Positions 9,588-19,802 of a stretch of 64,000 nt of DNA are shown here, piece after piece. Origin of the DNA: Nitrospinota bacterium (GTDB lineage: Bacteria; Nitrospinota; Nitrospinia; Nitrospinales; VA-1). Position 1 is the stretch's first letter; each line of letters opens with the position of its first letter. Both the position numbers and the translations under genes were made by a program. The notes beneath the pieces were generated by a model. The model worked only from the letters and a program-made list of their open reading frames with translations, did no database searches and had not been told where the DNA came from. The stretch is from contig WAIB01000005.1 of assembly GCA_009873655.1 (NCBI GenBank), positions 54,689-118,688 on the forward strand, given 5' to 3'.

Positions 9588-9627
9588 TTTAACTGGAAAA
9601 TATCGCACTAAACACAGGAAGCCCAAT

Positions 9628-10137
9628 ATGGATCAGGATCAAACGAACCAAGACTCACCGCTGGAATCTTCGGATGAATTAAAGAAGTTACAGGAAAATT
9701 ATAATCAAATATCCAGCGAACTGAATGCTATTAAAACCAGCGTTGAAAAAAGAAAAAGCGAGACCACCACACTAAAAATTCTTTTTTATACGGCGCTTGC
9801 CATGCTGCTTTTCGGGTTTATTTACACCAATCAAACCCTGCAACGTGCTCAACATAATAATCTGAAAGCAAACATCGATGCCCTTCAAACCAGGGCAACT
9901 CAAAACCTGCTGATTCTGGAAAGAAAACTGCACCAGGAAATCCTGGAAAACAAAGGTGAGGAACCCCATCAGAGGCTCAACAAATCGATTCAAAGCATGA
10001 ACCACGCCCTCGACCGGTTACCCCCTGAAACCAAGGGAATCGATAAACTGGTCAAGAAAGTAAAAAGGGACTCGGAAGAGTTAATCAAACTGGTTCGAAG
10101 CGAACAAAGAGACTTTGCGCCTGAAGCCGTCCCCTGA
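9628..10137 (+). CDS. hypothetical single-TM coiled-coil protein
   Basis: Track ORF of 169 aa with one TM helix (ILFYTALAMLLFGFIY) flanked by coiled-coil-like sequence. No family recognised. Confidence 0.5.
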   Translation: MDQDQTNQDSPLESSDELKKLQENYNQISSELNAIKTSVEKRKSETTTLKILFYTALAMLLFGFIYTNQTLQRAQHNNLKANIDALQTRATQNLLILERKLHQEILENKGEEPHQRLNKSIQSMNHALDRLPPETKGIDKLVKKVKRDSEELIKLVRSEQRDFAPEAVP

Positions 10138-10154
10138 GTCTTTTATTTAACCTT

Positions 10155-11087
10155 TCAAGCAAAAACAGCTTCTATCTTTTCACAGTTTTCTTTGGAAGGC
10201 TGCCAGCCGGTTGCCTTCAGGTTTTCTCCCATCTGCTCTGAGTTTTTTACACCTACCAGAGCGGTTGCCAGACCGGGCTGCCTCAGCACCCAGTTAATCG
10301 CCACCTGGCCGCAGGTTTTTCCTTCCTCAAGAGCTATGGCTTTTAACTGATCCACCTTTTTAATATTTTCCACAAATCCATCACCCGTAAAAGTACCGAT
10401 AATACCCTTACTGCGCCAATCGGTGAATTTGGTATCTTTGTCATATTTTCCTGTTAATACACCTGAAGCAAGCGGGCTGTAGGCAACTATTCCAATATTG
10501 TTTTCAATGCAGAGAGGGATTGTTTCCTTTTCAATTTCACGGGCCAGCAAACTGAACTCAGGTTGCAGCGAAACAACCTTCGCATACTGAAGGCACTCCT
10601 TTATCTGCTCTGCCGAATAGTTACTGACACCAATAAATCGAATCTTACCCTGCTCCTGGATTTCAAGAAGGGTCTCCATGGTTTCCTGCTGTGAGGTTTC
10701 TGCATCCGGCCAATGCACTTGGTAAAGGTCAATCCAATCCGTTCCCAGGCGTTTTAAGCTCTGGTCGATTTCTTCAAGAATCGATTTTCGACTTGCGTCT
10801 TTTCGAAGCGAGCCTAATGATTCTTTATCCCATCGAAGACCGCATTTGGTTGCCAGAATCACCTTATCCCGAACGGATTTGAGAGCCTTACCAATTAATT
10901 TTTCTGAGTGCCCAAACCCATAAACAGGAGCCGTATCAAAAAAATTAATTCCCTGATCAAAAGATGATTTAATGGATTCGAGGGATTTCTGATCACCCTC
11001 ATTGTTCCAGAAGGGAGCTCCACCGATACCCCAGGCCCCATAACCTATAACCGAAACTTCCAAACCGCCTAATTTTCTATATTCCAT
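10155..11087 (-). CDS. aldo/keto reductase
   Basis: Track ORF of 310 aa with GYGAWGIGG, FFDTAPVYGFGHSE, DLYQVHWPD and IGVSNY. Confidence 0.9.
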   Translation of the reverse strand: MEYRKLGGLEVSVIGYGAWGIGGAPFWNNEGDQKSLESIKSSFDQGINFFDTAPVYGFGHSEKLIGKALKSVRDKVILATKCGLRWDKESLGSLRKDASRKSILEEIDQSLKRLGTDWIDLYQVHWPDAETSQQETMETLLEIQEQGKIRFIGVSNYSAEQIKECLQYAKVVSLQPEFSLLAREIEKETIPLCIENNIGIVAYSPLASGVLTGKYDKDTKFTDWRSKGIIGTFTGDGFVENIKKVDQLKAIALEEGKTCGQVAINWVLRQPGLATALVGVKNSEQMGENLKATGWQPSKENCEKIEAVFA

Positions 11088-11134
11088 AAATAACCCGCTT
11101 TATTTTATTCATTAATATCCTTTTCTACTTTTAG

Positions 11135-11158
11135 AGGTTAATATTATAATCTTAACCT
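11135..11158. promoter_or_regulatory. inverted repeat AGGTTAA-N10-TTAACCT enclosing a TATAAT hexamer (possible operator over a -10 box)
   Basis: Read directly: aggttaaTATTATAATCttaacct, in the divergent AKR / ABC-transporter intergenic region, about 30 nt upstream of ATG 11189. Confidence 0.25.
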
Positions 11159-11188
11159 GGCTGCTTCTAAAATTTAATTGCTGAAACC

Positions 11189-12913
11189 ATGAATTCTCTT
11201 CTAAGAGTCTTAAGCTATTTAAAACCTTACCGGGGAAAAGTTTTCCTGACACTTTTTCTGGCCATATCCACTACTCTTTTAGACCTGGTGCCCCCCTGGT
11301 TGACTAAAGTGATTGTTGACAATCTGGTAGAAAGCCAAGAATTGACTTTGATTTACTGGGTCATCGCCGGACTTGCCCTGGTATATTTCGCCCGAAATTT
11401 TACCAACCATAAACGGATCATAATCAATAACAAAGTTGAACAAAATGTGGTGTTCGATTTGCGCTCAGAGGTTTACCGTTCACTTCAAAAGTTATCGTTA
11501 AATTATTTTGAAAACCGCTCAACCGGCGAACTTATGTCGCGTGCCAATGACGATGTCAATTATGTTGAAAGGATATTCATCGATGGCGTTGAACAGGTAG
11601 TAACGGCAACCCTTACTCTTATTGGAATTTCGGTAATTCTTTTTTATATGCATTGGAAATTAGCCCTGGCTGCTTTGCTTCCCATTCCTTTCCTGATTTA
11701 TGGGGCATGGATATACACCGAAAAGGCACACAGTCAATATCATGTGGTAAGGAAACGGGCAGCCGCAATGAATTCCAAACTGCAGGACTCTATTTCCGGT
11801 ATTCGTGAAACCCTCTCTTTTAATCGCCAGATTCACGAGGTCAAACAGTTCGAAAGCAGAAGTCGGGATTATTGTGACGGCACTTTGGAGGTTATGCGTT
11901 TATGGGCTATCTACTCTCCTACAATGATGTTTCTGGGTTCTTTGGGAACGGTTTTAATTCTTCTTTTCGGTGCCGGGCTGGTACAGACCAATGAAATTAC
12001 CGTAGGTTCTCTTGTTGCTTTTGTCGGGTACCTGGCGCTTTTTTATACGCCGATCAATCAGTTGCATTCCGTCAACCATATGCTTCAACATGCTCTGGCT
12101 TCCGGAGACAGGTTGTTTGAAATCATTGATACCGTACCGGATGTCAAGGAGAGTCCCGACGCAATCCTCCCTTCCACCAATGTCCGGGGAGAAATCCAAT
12201 TTGAACAGGTAAATTTTTCCTACATTGAAGGGAAACCGGCGATCAAGGGGATTGATTTAAATATTGGTGCCGGAGAGAAAATTGCTTTGGTGGGCCATAC
12301 TGGAAGCGGAAAATCTACCATCGTAAAACTACTCATGCGTTTTTACGATGTGGATTCGGGCCGAATCAGCCTGGATGGTCATCCCATAAAGGACCTGAAG
12401 CTTTCCTATTTAAGAGAACAAATCGGTTTGGTCTCCCAGGATCCTTTTTTGTTCAATGGAACCGTCTCAGAAAATATTATGTATGGAAATATTGAAGCCA
12501 GCAGGGAGCAGATTATTGAAGCCGCAATCGCATCTCACGCAGACCCCTTCATCAGGGATCTTCCGAATGGTTACGACACCCAGGTCGGAGAACGGGGGGT
12601 AAAACTTTCAGGGGGAGAAAAACACCGAATCGCCATTGCCCGGACCTTCTTAAAAAATCCACCCATCATTGTACTGGATGAAGCCACTTCAAGTGTCGAC
12701 ACGAAAACAGAACACCATATCAAAGAAGCCTTGAACCGGTTGATGGCGGGGCGGACGACTTTATCCATCGCCCATCGGCTTTCTACCCTTGAAGGGGCGG
12801 ACAGGATCCTGGTTATGCGGGAAGGGGAGCTGGTGGAAACGGGGTCACATGAAACTCTGATCGGGGTCGACTCGGAATACGCAAACCTGTTTCAGCATCA
12901 GGTCCATTTATAA
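11189..12913 (+). CDS. ABC transporter, fused permease/ATPase (MsbA-like exporter type)
   Basis: Track ORF of 574 aa with a six-TM N-terminal half, Walker A GHTGSGKST, signature LSGGEKHRIAIAR and Walker B IIVLDEATS. Confidence 0.9.
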   Translation: MNSLLRVLSYLKPYRGKVFLTLFLAISTTLLDLVPPWLTKVIVDNLVESQELTLIYWVIAGLALVYFARNFTNHKRIIINNKVEQNVVFDLRSEVYRSLQKLSLNYFENRSTGELMSRANDDVNYVERIFIDGVEQVVTATLTLIGISVILFYMHWKLALAALLPIPFLIYGAWIYTEKAHSQYHVVRKRAAAMNSKLQDSISGIRETLSFNRQIHEVKQFESRSRDYCDGTLEVMRLWAIYSPTMMFLGSLGTVLILLFGAGLVQTNEITVGSLVAFVGYLALFYTPINQLHSVNHMLQHALASGDRLFEIIDTVPDVKESPDAILPSTNVRGEIQFEQVNFSYIEGKPAIKGIDLNIGAGEKIALVGHTGSGKSTIVKLLMRFYDVDSGRISLDGHPIKDLKLSYLREQIGLVSQDPFLFNGTVSENIMYGNIEASREQIIEAAIASHADPFIRDLPNGYDTQVGERGVKLSGGEKHRIAIARTFLKNPPIIVLDEATSSVDTKTEHHIKEALNRLMAGRTTLSIAHRLSTLEGADRILVMREGELVETGSHETLIGVDSEYANLFQHQVHL

Positions 12914-12937
12914 AACCGGGATCAAGAAATCTTCCAG

Positions 12938-13906
12938 TCAGGCGCTAGCTTCTACAACCTCACCCATTTTGCGAAACTTTTCTTCACGTAACCGGACCAG
13001 TTCATCCGGCCTGATTTCCCTTAATTCCGCGAGGTTGGTTCGAAGTGCTTTTTTTAATCGAATGGCCGCCTGTTTATGGTTCCTGTGAGCTCCGCCCAGG
13101 GGTTCACGAACAATCTGGTCAATGACTTCAAATTTCAGCAAATGGTTTGCGGTCAGGCACAGGGCATCCGCGGCCTGCCCGGTTTTATTCTTGTCCTCCC
13201 AGAGTATTGAAGCACACCCTTCCGGTGAGATTACCGAATAGACCGAATGTTCCAACATTAAAATACGGTCTCCAACCCCTATTGCCAAAGCACCCCCTGA
13301 GCCTCCTTCTCCAATCACCACACAAATGATAGGAACGCGCATTTGGATCATGCTGAACATGTTGGTGGCAATTGCCTCGGACTGGCCTTTTTCTTCTGCA
13401 TCCACTCCGGGGTAAGCACCTGGAGTATCAATAAAAGTAATTACCGGCATGCTGAATTTTTCTGCCATCCGCATCAATCTAAGCGCCTTGCGGTATCCCG
13501 ATGGTTGTGACATACCAAAGTTTCTGGCAATTTTCTCTTCCATCTCTCTACCTTTTTGGTGCCCAACCACCATCACAGACTGATCCCCAAACTTGGCAAG
13601 ACCGGCAACAATGGAGGGTCCATAGCCTCCATGGCGGTCTCCATGCAACTCATAAAAGTCAGAAAAAATATTTTTAATATAATCCAGCATATGAGGCCTG
13701 TCGGGATGCCTGGCCACCAGGGTTTTGTCCCACCCTTTTAAATTGGAATAAACATCATGTTTCATCCTCCGAAGCTTCTTTTTAAGCTTCGTGATCTCAT
13801 CCGTTATATCCCCAACACTGTCATACATATTGGAAAGAGATACCAGGTCATGTATCTGAGTTTCCAATGCAAAAATTTCTCTTTCAAATTCGAGTATCTG
13901 GACCAT
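12938..13906 (-). CDS. accA: acetyl-CoA carboxylase carboxyltransferase alpha subunit
   Basis: Track ORF of 322 aa with ARHPDRPHMLDY, FIDTPGAYPGVDAEEKGQSEAIA and VIGEGGSGGALA. Confidence 0.95.
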   Translation of the reverse strand: MVQILEFEREIFALETQIHDLVSLSNMYDSVGDITDEITKLKKKLRRMKHDVYSNLKGWDKTLVARHPDRPHMLDYIKNIFSDFYELHGDRHGGYGPSIVAGLAKFGDQSVMVVGHQKGREMEEKIARNFGMSQPSGYRKALRLMRMAEKFSMPVITFIDTPGAYPGVDAEEKGQSEAIATNMFSMIQMRVPIICVVIGEGGSGGALAIGVGDRILMLEHSVYSVISPEGCASILWEDKNKTGQAADALCLTANHLLKFEVIDQIVREPLGGAHRNHKQAAIRLKKALRTNLAELREIRPDELVRLREEKFRKMGEVVEASA

Positions 13907-13990
13907 AATTATTTACAAGGTTTAAGTTTTTTGTGCATCTTAACATAAAGCCCAAAGCGACTCTATGGATTGGAAATGCTGAAATGAATT

Positions 13991-15061
13991 TTAATAAAAC
14001 CCGAAAATAGGATGCACCAAATTCTGCAGGTTTTTTGATTTATTTAAGGCCTTCGCCCCCGCAGTTCCAATTTTATTCTGTCCCAGTTTCAGCGACTCCA
14101 GGTTTGATAAACTGGTGGACTTGGCTATGGCCAAGGCACCTTCATCACCTATTCGGTTGAAGTTCAAATCCAGTTTTTTTAATTTACCCAGATGGCTGGA
14201 AAGAGCCAGGGCCTTTGCTCCCGCATCGGTTATATTATTTTTAGAAAGATTCAGTGATAGCAGCTGCTTTAATTTTTCGGATTTAGACAGGGCGATCACC
14301 GCCTTATCAGACAAATCATTATTTTTTAAATCCAATTTTTCCAGCTTACTTGCAAACGGAGATTTCAACAGCACATCCACCCCCAGGTCTCCGATCAACC
14401 CCTCACCCACTTCATTCAACCTGTTGGTACGATTCAGGTCTTTGAACCATTCCATTAATTGAAATCGTTTCCAGGCATCCTTCGCTGATTTTTCAATTGG
14501 ATTATAGGTCAATTGAATCTTTTTTAAATTATTCAACTTTGTTGAGTGAGTGAGTTCAATGGCACCCGGCCCGTGAATTTGATTGTAGTTCAGATTCAGT
14601 TCCTCCAGTTGGGACAGTTTATCTGACCTGGCGATCAAGCCCGCCCCCTTATCCGATATGAGATTGTGATACAGGTTCAGTATTTTCAAATTGGAAAACA
14701 CATCCGAATTGGAAATATACCCGACACCCTGGTCTGTAATATTATTGTTTTCTAAAAAAAGAGCAGTGAGATTACCCAGGTTTTTCGAACCAGCCAGTGC
14801 TCGAACACCTTCATCGCCAAAGTTTCCCTTATACAAAATAAGAGTGGAAACTGTTTTTAATAAAGGAGACTCCGCCAGGTGGGCAACCCCTTCATCACCG
14901 AGGTTTTTACCATTGATTCGCAAAACGGTATCGTTTCTCTTCAGCTTTTTTTGCACATACCTTTCAATTTCTTCCCCCGTCATTTTGGGCGAGGCCGAGC
15001 CCAGAGCGAAGAAACAAAGAAAGCAGAGTGTTATTTTTAACTTATATAAAGGAAGTTTCAT
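13991..15061 (-). CDS. secreted leucine-rich-repeat protein, ribonuclease-inhibitor-like repeat type
   Basis: Track ORF of 356 aa with a signal peptide. It has about 28-residue repeats of the form L..L.L..N.I.D.GA.ALA.S..L, for example LSLNLSKNNITDAGAKALALSSHLGKLKKLDLNFNRIGDEGALAIAKS. Confidence 0.8.
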   Translation of the reverse strand: MKLPLYKLKITLCFLCFFALGSASPKMTGEEIERYVQKKLKRNDTVLRINGKNLGDEGVAHLAESPLLKTVSTLILYKGNFGDEGVRALAGSKNLGNLTALFLENNNITDQGVGYISNSDVFSNLKILNLYHNLISDKGAGLIARSDKLSQLEELNLNYNQIHGPGAIELTHSTKLNNLKKIQLTYNPIEKSAKDAWKRFQLMEWFKDLNRTNRLNEVGEGLIGDLGVDVLLKSPFASKLEKLDLKNNDLSDKAVIALSKSEKLKQLLSLNLSKNNITDAGAKALALSSHLGKLKKLDLNFNRIGDEGALAIAKSTSLSNLESLKLGQNKIGTAGAKALNKSKNLQNLVHPIFGFY

Positions 15062-15115
15062 CTTGCAAAAATTTAATTTACGGAAAATATATTTAAGAAC
15101 TCGTTTCCAGATATC

Positions 15116-16159
15116 TTACCTGTCCTTAGATTCGTTTTCAATTTCTCTTAACCGGGATTCTAATTCTTTTACTTTCCGGGCCAGATCGGGAAGTTTGGGC
15201 AGGGTAGCCATATATCTTTTCCATGTGCCTGTTGGGACAGCCGGCCAACCACTCACGACGGCTTTATCTTCAAGATCGCGGAAAGTCCCTGATTTCGCTG
15301 TCACAGTCACCTGATTTCCAAGGTTAACATGGTCTGCCAAACCCACCTGGCCGGCTAAAACCACATGATGGCCTAATTTACAACTGCCTGCGAGACCTAC
15401 TTGCGCCACAAGAATCGAATGGTCCCCAACCGTACAATTGTGTGCAACCTGGACCAGGTTATCTATCTTGGTTCCCGTCTTAATCAGAGTGGTATCCATT
15501 GCCGCCCGATCGATACAACTGTTAGCTCCTATTTCCACAAAATCTTCAATCACCACCCGGCCAAACTGGTTAATTTTAAAATGGCAGCCCTTTTCATCCA
15601 ATGTGTACCCAAAACCATCGGCACCTATAACCGCACCAGCATGCACGATAACATGATTGCCCATTTCGGTTTTGCGGTAAAGAGTCACATTGGGATGAAG
15701 GGTACAATGACCCCCCATTTTACAGTCGTCGCCGATCACCACATTGGGATATAAAACCACATCATTTCCTATGACCACATTATCCCCTATATGGACTCCT
15801 GCGGAAAGAGTAACCCTCTCACCCAGGGATACGTTCTTACCTATAATGGCACTTGGATGCACTCCCGGTTCCAATCTGGGTTCGGGATGAATTTCTTTAA
15901 CCAGCCGGGCAAATGCGAGTTCAGGGCTGGCGACAACGATCTGTGGAATAGAAACCTCGATGGGCTCCTTCACAAAAACCGCGGACGCTTTGGACTCTCT
16001 TAATGCATCAAGGTATTTGTTTTGCGAAAGAAAGGTGACATCCCCTTCTTTTGCTTCATTGACTCCCCTGACCCCTTTCACCTCAATGGAACCCTCTCCC
16101 TCCAGGGTTCCGGATACTAGTGAAGCAACCTGTTCCAGGTTCATGCTTCCCCCTTCCAA
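15116..16159 (-). CDS. lpxD: UDP-3-O-acylglucosamine N-acyltransferase
   Basis: Track ORF of 347 aa. It has an N-terminal LpxD domain (GDVTFLSQNKY), a long left-handed beta-helix of hexapeptide repeats and a C-terminal helix. The start is probably the internal MNLEQ. Confidence 0.9.
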   Translation of the reverse strand: MEGGSMNLEQVASLVSGTLEGEGSIEVKGVRGVNEAKEGDVTFLSQNKYLDALRESKASAVFVKEPIEVSIPQIVVASPELAFARLVKEIHPEPRLEPGVHPSAIIGKNVSLGERVTLSAGVHIGDNVVIGNDVVLYPNVVIGDDCKMGGHCTLHPNVTLYRKTEMGNHVIVHAGAVIGADGFGYTLDEKGCHFKINQFGRVVIEDFVEIGANSCIDRAAMDTTLIKTGTKIDNLVQVAHNCTVGDHSILVAQVGLAGSCKLGHHVVLAGQVGLADHVNLGNQVTVTAKSGTFRDLEDKAVVSGWPAVPTGTWKRYMATLPKLPDLARKVKELESRLREIENESKDR

Positions 16160-16195
16160 GTTTTCAAAACAGTTCTAAACAAATATTTATGCAAT

Positions 16196-16927
16196 TTAAA
16201 TTAAAAGGCTCTGGTTAATGGGGTTGACCTTCCCATCAACCAATTCCAACACCCTGTCCAACTGGCCGGCAACTCTCTGGCTGTGGGTTACGAGAACAAA
16301 TGTCTGGTTGAGTTCTTTATTTAACTTGCGAATCAATTCGATCAACTGGTCACTGGCATGCGCATCCAGGTTTCCGGTAGGTTCATCGGCTAATAACATA
16401 TCCGGTTGATTCATTAAACCCCTTGCCAATGCAACCCGTTGACTTTCTCCTCCTGACAACTCTCCCGGCTTGTGAGACATTCTATTCTTAAGGCCGACCT
16501 CATCCAAAAGATACTCCGCTCTTTCTTTTGCGGCAGGTTTATTTACATTTTGAATTAAAGCCGGAAACATGGCGTTTTCCAAGGCAGTGAAATCAGGCAA
16601 CAAATTAAAAAACTGAAAAACAAACCCGATATGGATATTGCGAAACTTATCTAAAAAGGAATTTCCCCGGCGGTAAATATTTTCTCCCTTAAAGAACACT
16701 TCCCCATTTTCCGGTTTATCCAGTCCTCCCAGAACATGCAGCAAGGTGCTTTTTCCTACACCTGATGCCCCTACGATTCCAAGGACCTCCCCTGAAAACA
16801 CTTTCAGGTCAGTCTCATTAAGCACATGGATGGTCTCGCGTTTGGTCTTATAGCTTTTATTGACACCTTTCGCTTCGACAAGGATTTTCTGGTTCGAGCT
16901 TTCAGCATCATTCATAACGAAGGCCAT
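16196..16927 (-). CDS. lolD: lipoprotein-releasing system ATP-binding protein
   Basis: Track ORF of 243 aa with GASGVGKSTLL, LSGGESQRVALAR and LLADEPTGNLD. It overlaps the upstream LolC/E-type permease gene by 20 nt. Confidence 0.85.
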   Translation of the reverse strand: MAFVMNDAESSNQKILVEAKGVNKSYKTKRETIHVLNETDLKVFSGEVLGIVGASGVGKSTLLHVLGGLDKPENGEVFFKGENIYRRGNSFLDKFRNIHIGFVFQFFNLLPDFTALENAMFPALIQNVNKPAAKERAEYLLDEVGLKNRMSHKPGELSGGESQRVALARGLMNQPDMLLADEPTGNLDAHASDQLIELIRKLNKELNQTFVLVTHSQRVAGQLDRVLELVDGKVNPINQSLLI

Positions 16928-18176
16928 CCACGGGGTCCATTCGGGAAGCTCGCCACGCCGGATAAAGAGAGGCTAAAAAACATATTGCAATGGAGAAAAC
17001 CTCAATGAGAAATGAGTCCAGATATTGAATTTCCGAAGGCAGTTTGTCGAGATAATAAACATCACTTGGGAAAGCCGTAATTCCAAATAAATATTCAATG
17101 AAGCCCACTATTTCATTGAGATTTGGAACCACCGTGAATCCACCAATACAACCGACCAATGTTCCTGTTATGCCAATGATCAATCCCTGGAAGCTGAAAA
17201 TTTTCATGATACTGGTTCTTGACGCACCCATGGATTTTAGAATGGCTATTTCTTTTGTTTTTTCCATAACCACCATAAACAGGGTACTCACAATATTAAA
17301 AGCCGCAACCAGAATAATTAAAATTAAAATAATGAACATGACAATTTTTTCAAGCCGCAGGGCAGAAAAAAGATTTTTATTCATCCGCATCCAGTCTCTC
17401 ACGTAGTAAGGGAAACCAAGATTTTCCTGGAGAGTTTCTGCAATTATTCCTGCGTTATCAATATCATCCACTCGAATTTCAATTCCGCTCACCTTTTCTT
17501 TCATTGCAAAGAACTTTTGCGCTGATTGAATGGAGATAAAAGACAGGCTTGAGTCATATTCGAACATTCCAGATTCAAACATACCGACTACTTTAAAAAG
17601 CTTGATCTTCGGAACCAGCCCCATGGGTGTCAATCGGGTTGCAGGGGAAACCATTGAAACGGCATCTCCCATCTGGACACCCAGCTTATGCGCCAGTTCT
17701 TTCCCCAGAATAATATTGTCGCGACGGGGGCCTGAGGTGATATTTTTACTTCTATTCAACATCCCGATTTCGCCTCGGATCATATTCTTCTCGAGGTCCG
17801 AGACCATCCCCTCGCGGTTGGGGTCCACACCGCGGACCACAACCCCTGTAGAGTTTCCACCGAATGTCAGCATCACTTGATTTAAAATAAAAGGAGCGGC
17901 CGCCTTTACACCGTCGGCCTGCATTACCTTCTTCAAAATAGATTCATAACCCTCCATTCCTGCCCGGGTAATATTTGTCACGACTATGTGGCTGTTTGTT
18001 CCAAGGATTTTATCCCGAAGGTCTTTTCCAAAACCGGACATCACGGCAATAACAACGATCAATGCCATCACCCCCAGTGCTACGCCACCAATAGATATCC
18101 AGGTATTCAGGGAAATAAACTTTTGCGCACGCTTGGCTTTGAGATGACGCAGGCTGACAAAAAGTTCAAAAGACAT
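16908..18176 (-). CDS. lolC: lipoprotein-releasing system permease (LolC/LolE family, FtsX-like)
   Basis: Track ORF of 422 aa. It has a MacB/FtsX-type topology with a periplasmic domain between TM1 and TM2 and a C-terminal FtsX domain ending PAWRASRMDPVDGLRYE. Confidence 0.85.
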   Translation of the reverse strand: MSFELFVSLRHLKAKRAQKFISLNTWISIGGVALGVMALIVVIAVMSGFGKDLRDKILGTNSHIVVTNITRAGMEGYESILKKVMQADGVKAAAPFILNQVMLTFGGNSTGVVVRGVDPNREGMVSDLEKNMIRGEIGMLNRSKNITSGPRRDNIILGKELAHKLGVQMGDAVSMVSPATRLTPMGLVPKIKLFKVVGMFESGMFEYDSSLSFISIQSAQKFFAMKEKVSGIEIRVDDIDNAGIIAETLQENLGFPYYVRDWMRMNKNLFSALRLEKIVMFIILILIILVAAFNIVSTLFMVVMEKTKEIAILKSMGASRTSIMKIFSFQGLIIGITGTLVGCIGGFTVVPNLNEIVGFIEYLFGITAFPSDVYYLDKLPSEIQYLDSFLIEVFSIAICFLASLYPAWRASRMDPVDGLRYE

Positions 18177-18188
18177 ATAAGGGGTGGA

Positions 18189-19712
18189 TCAGGGACTGAT
18201 CCCTGATTCCTTTTTCAATTGAGGGAAAAGGATCACATCCCGGATGGAAGGGCTATTGGTAAACAACATAACCAAACGGTCAATTCCAATACCTTCTCCA
18301 GCCGTGGGCGGCATTCCATATTCAAGGGCGCGGATGAAATCATGGTCCATCCAGTGAGCCTCATCATCACCTGCCTGACGTTCCGCTACCTGCCCTTCAA
18401 ATCTATTTTTCTGATCAATGGGATCATTCAACTCCGTATAGGCATTGGCGATTTCTTTACGGCCAATGAAAAGTTCAAATCTCTCGACCAGACCGGGATC
18501 ATCTTCCTTTTTCTTGGAAAGAGGGGACAATGCCAGGGGGTAGTCTGTAATAAATGTGGGCTGGGAAAGCTTCGGTTCCACAAAATGATCAAACAGTTTG
18601 GCCAGGATTTTTTCATGGCTGTCTTTTTTCTCCAGCGCAACTTTATTTTCCAAGGCAAAGGATGCCGTCTTTTGGGGGTCGTCTAGATTATCTTCCGCAA
18701 TACCACCGATATCTATTAAAGATTGCCGGAAGGTGCAACGGCGAAAGGGTTGAGAGAAATCAATGGTCTCCGTCACCGATTCCCCATCCACAATACTGGA
18801 ATACGGGAACTTGAAATTGTTTTCAGGAAAAACTTTCTCGCAAATAAAGCGAAACAGGTCTTCCGTCAAATCCATCAAGTCATTGTAATCGGCATAGGCA
18901 GTATAAAACTCTACCATGGTAAATTCAGGGTTATGCTCGGTAGAGATTCCCTCGTTTCTAAAGTTTCGGTTTATTTCGTAGACTCTCTCAATTCCCCCCA
19001 CAACCAGGCGCTTAAGGAAAAGCTCCGGCGCAACCCGGAGATAAAGGTCCATATCCAGCGCATTATGATGGGTCTTGAAGGGTCGAGCCGTTGCCCCTCC
19101 GGGAATGGATTGCATCATGGGGGTTTCAACTTCCAGATAATCGCGATCGTTTAAATATTCACGAAGCGCGGAGATGATCTTGCTTCGAAGAATAAAAACT
19201 TCTTTAACATCCGGGTTGACGATTAAATCCACATACCGCTGTCGGTATCGCAATTCAACATCTTTCAATCCATGCCATTTTTCGGGAAGAGGCAGCAAAG
19301 ATTTGGACAAAAGAGTCGCCTTGCTTGCGAACAGGGTTAACTCTCCTGTTTTTGTTTTAGATACCCTTCCCTCGATCCCGATAATATCTCCTATATCAAA
19401 CTTTCCAAATAATTCATAAGCCTCTTCACCCAGGGCGTTTTTATTTATAAAGACCTGAATCTGCCCTGTAGAGTCCTGGATATTTACAAAAGTGGTTTTA
19501 CCATGTTTTCGTCGAGTCATAATGCGGCCCGCCGCAACACATTTATGGTCTTTTTCATCCAGTTCTTCTTTGGTTCCTTCTGCGAATTCGTCCACCAGGG
19601 ATTGAATGACGGTATCCACTTTGAACCGGTTGATGTAGGGTGCAACACCCTTTTCTCTCAGATCTTCAAGTTTTTCGTGCCTGAGCTTGATCAGATGTCC
19701 TAATTCTTCCAT
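18189..19712 (-). CDS. lysS: lysine--tRNA ligase (class II)
   Basis: Track ORF of 507 aa with an OB anticodon-binding domain followed by class II motifs ([32 protein letters not shown]). Confidence 0.97.
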   Translation of the reverse strand: MEELGHLIKLRHEKLEDLREKGVAPYINRFKVDTVIQSLVDEFAEGTKEELDEKDHKCVAAGRIMTRRKHGKTTFVNIQDSTGQIQVFINKNALGEEAYELFGKFDIGDIIGIEGRVSKTKTGELTLFASKATLLSKSLLPLPEKWHGLKDVELRYRQRYVDLIVNPDVKEVFILRSKIISALREYLNDRDYLEVETPMMQSIPGGATARPFKTHHNALDMDLYLRVAPELFLKRLVVGGIERVYEINRNFRNEGISTEHNPEFTMVEFYTAYADYNDLMDLTEDLFRFICEKVFPENNFKFPYSSIVDGESVTETIDFSQPFRRCTFRQSLIDIGGIAEDNLDDPQKTASFALENKVALEKKDSHEKILAKLFDHFVEPKLSQPTFITDYPLALSPLSKKKEDDPGLVERFELFIGRKEIANAYTELNDPIDQKNRFEGQVAERQAGDDEAHWMDHDFIRALEYGMPPTAGEGIGIDRLVMLFTNSPSIRDVILFPQLKKESGISP

Positions 19713-19802
19713 GAGTGATTTAATTGTCTATCGAATGGTATTGAGGAAATGAATTTAAAATAAAGTTTTTATCCACGCGGATTTTTGAGAAATACAGCTT
19801 GA

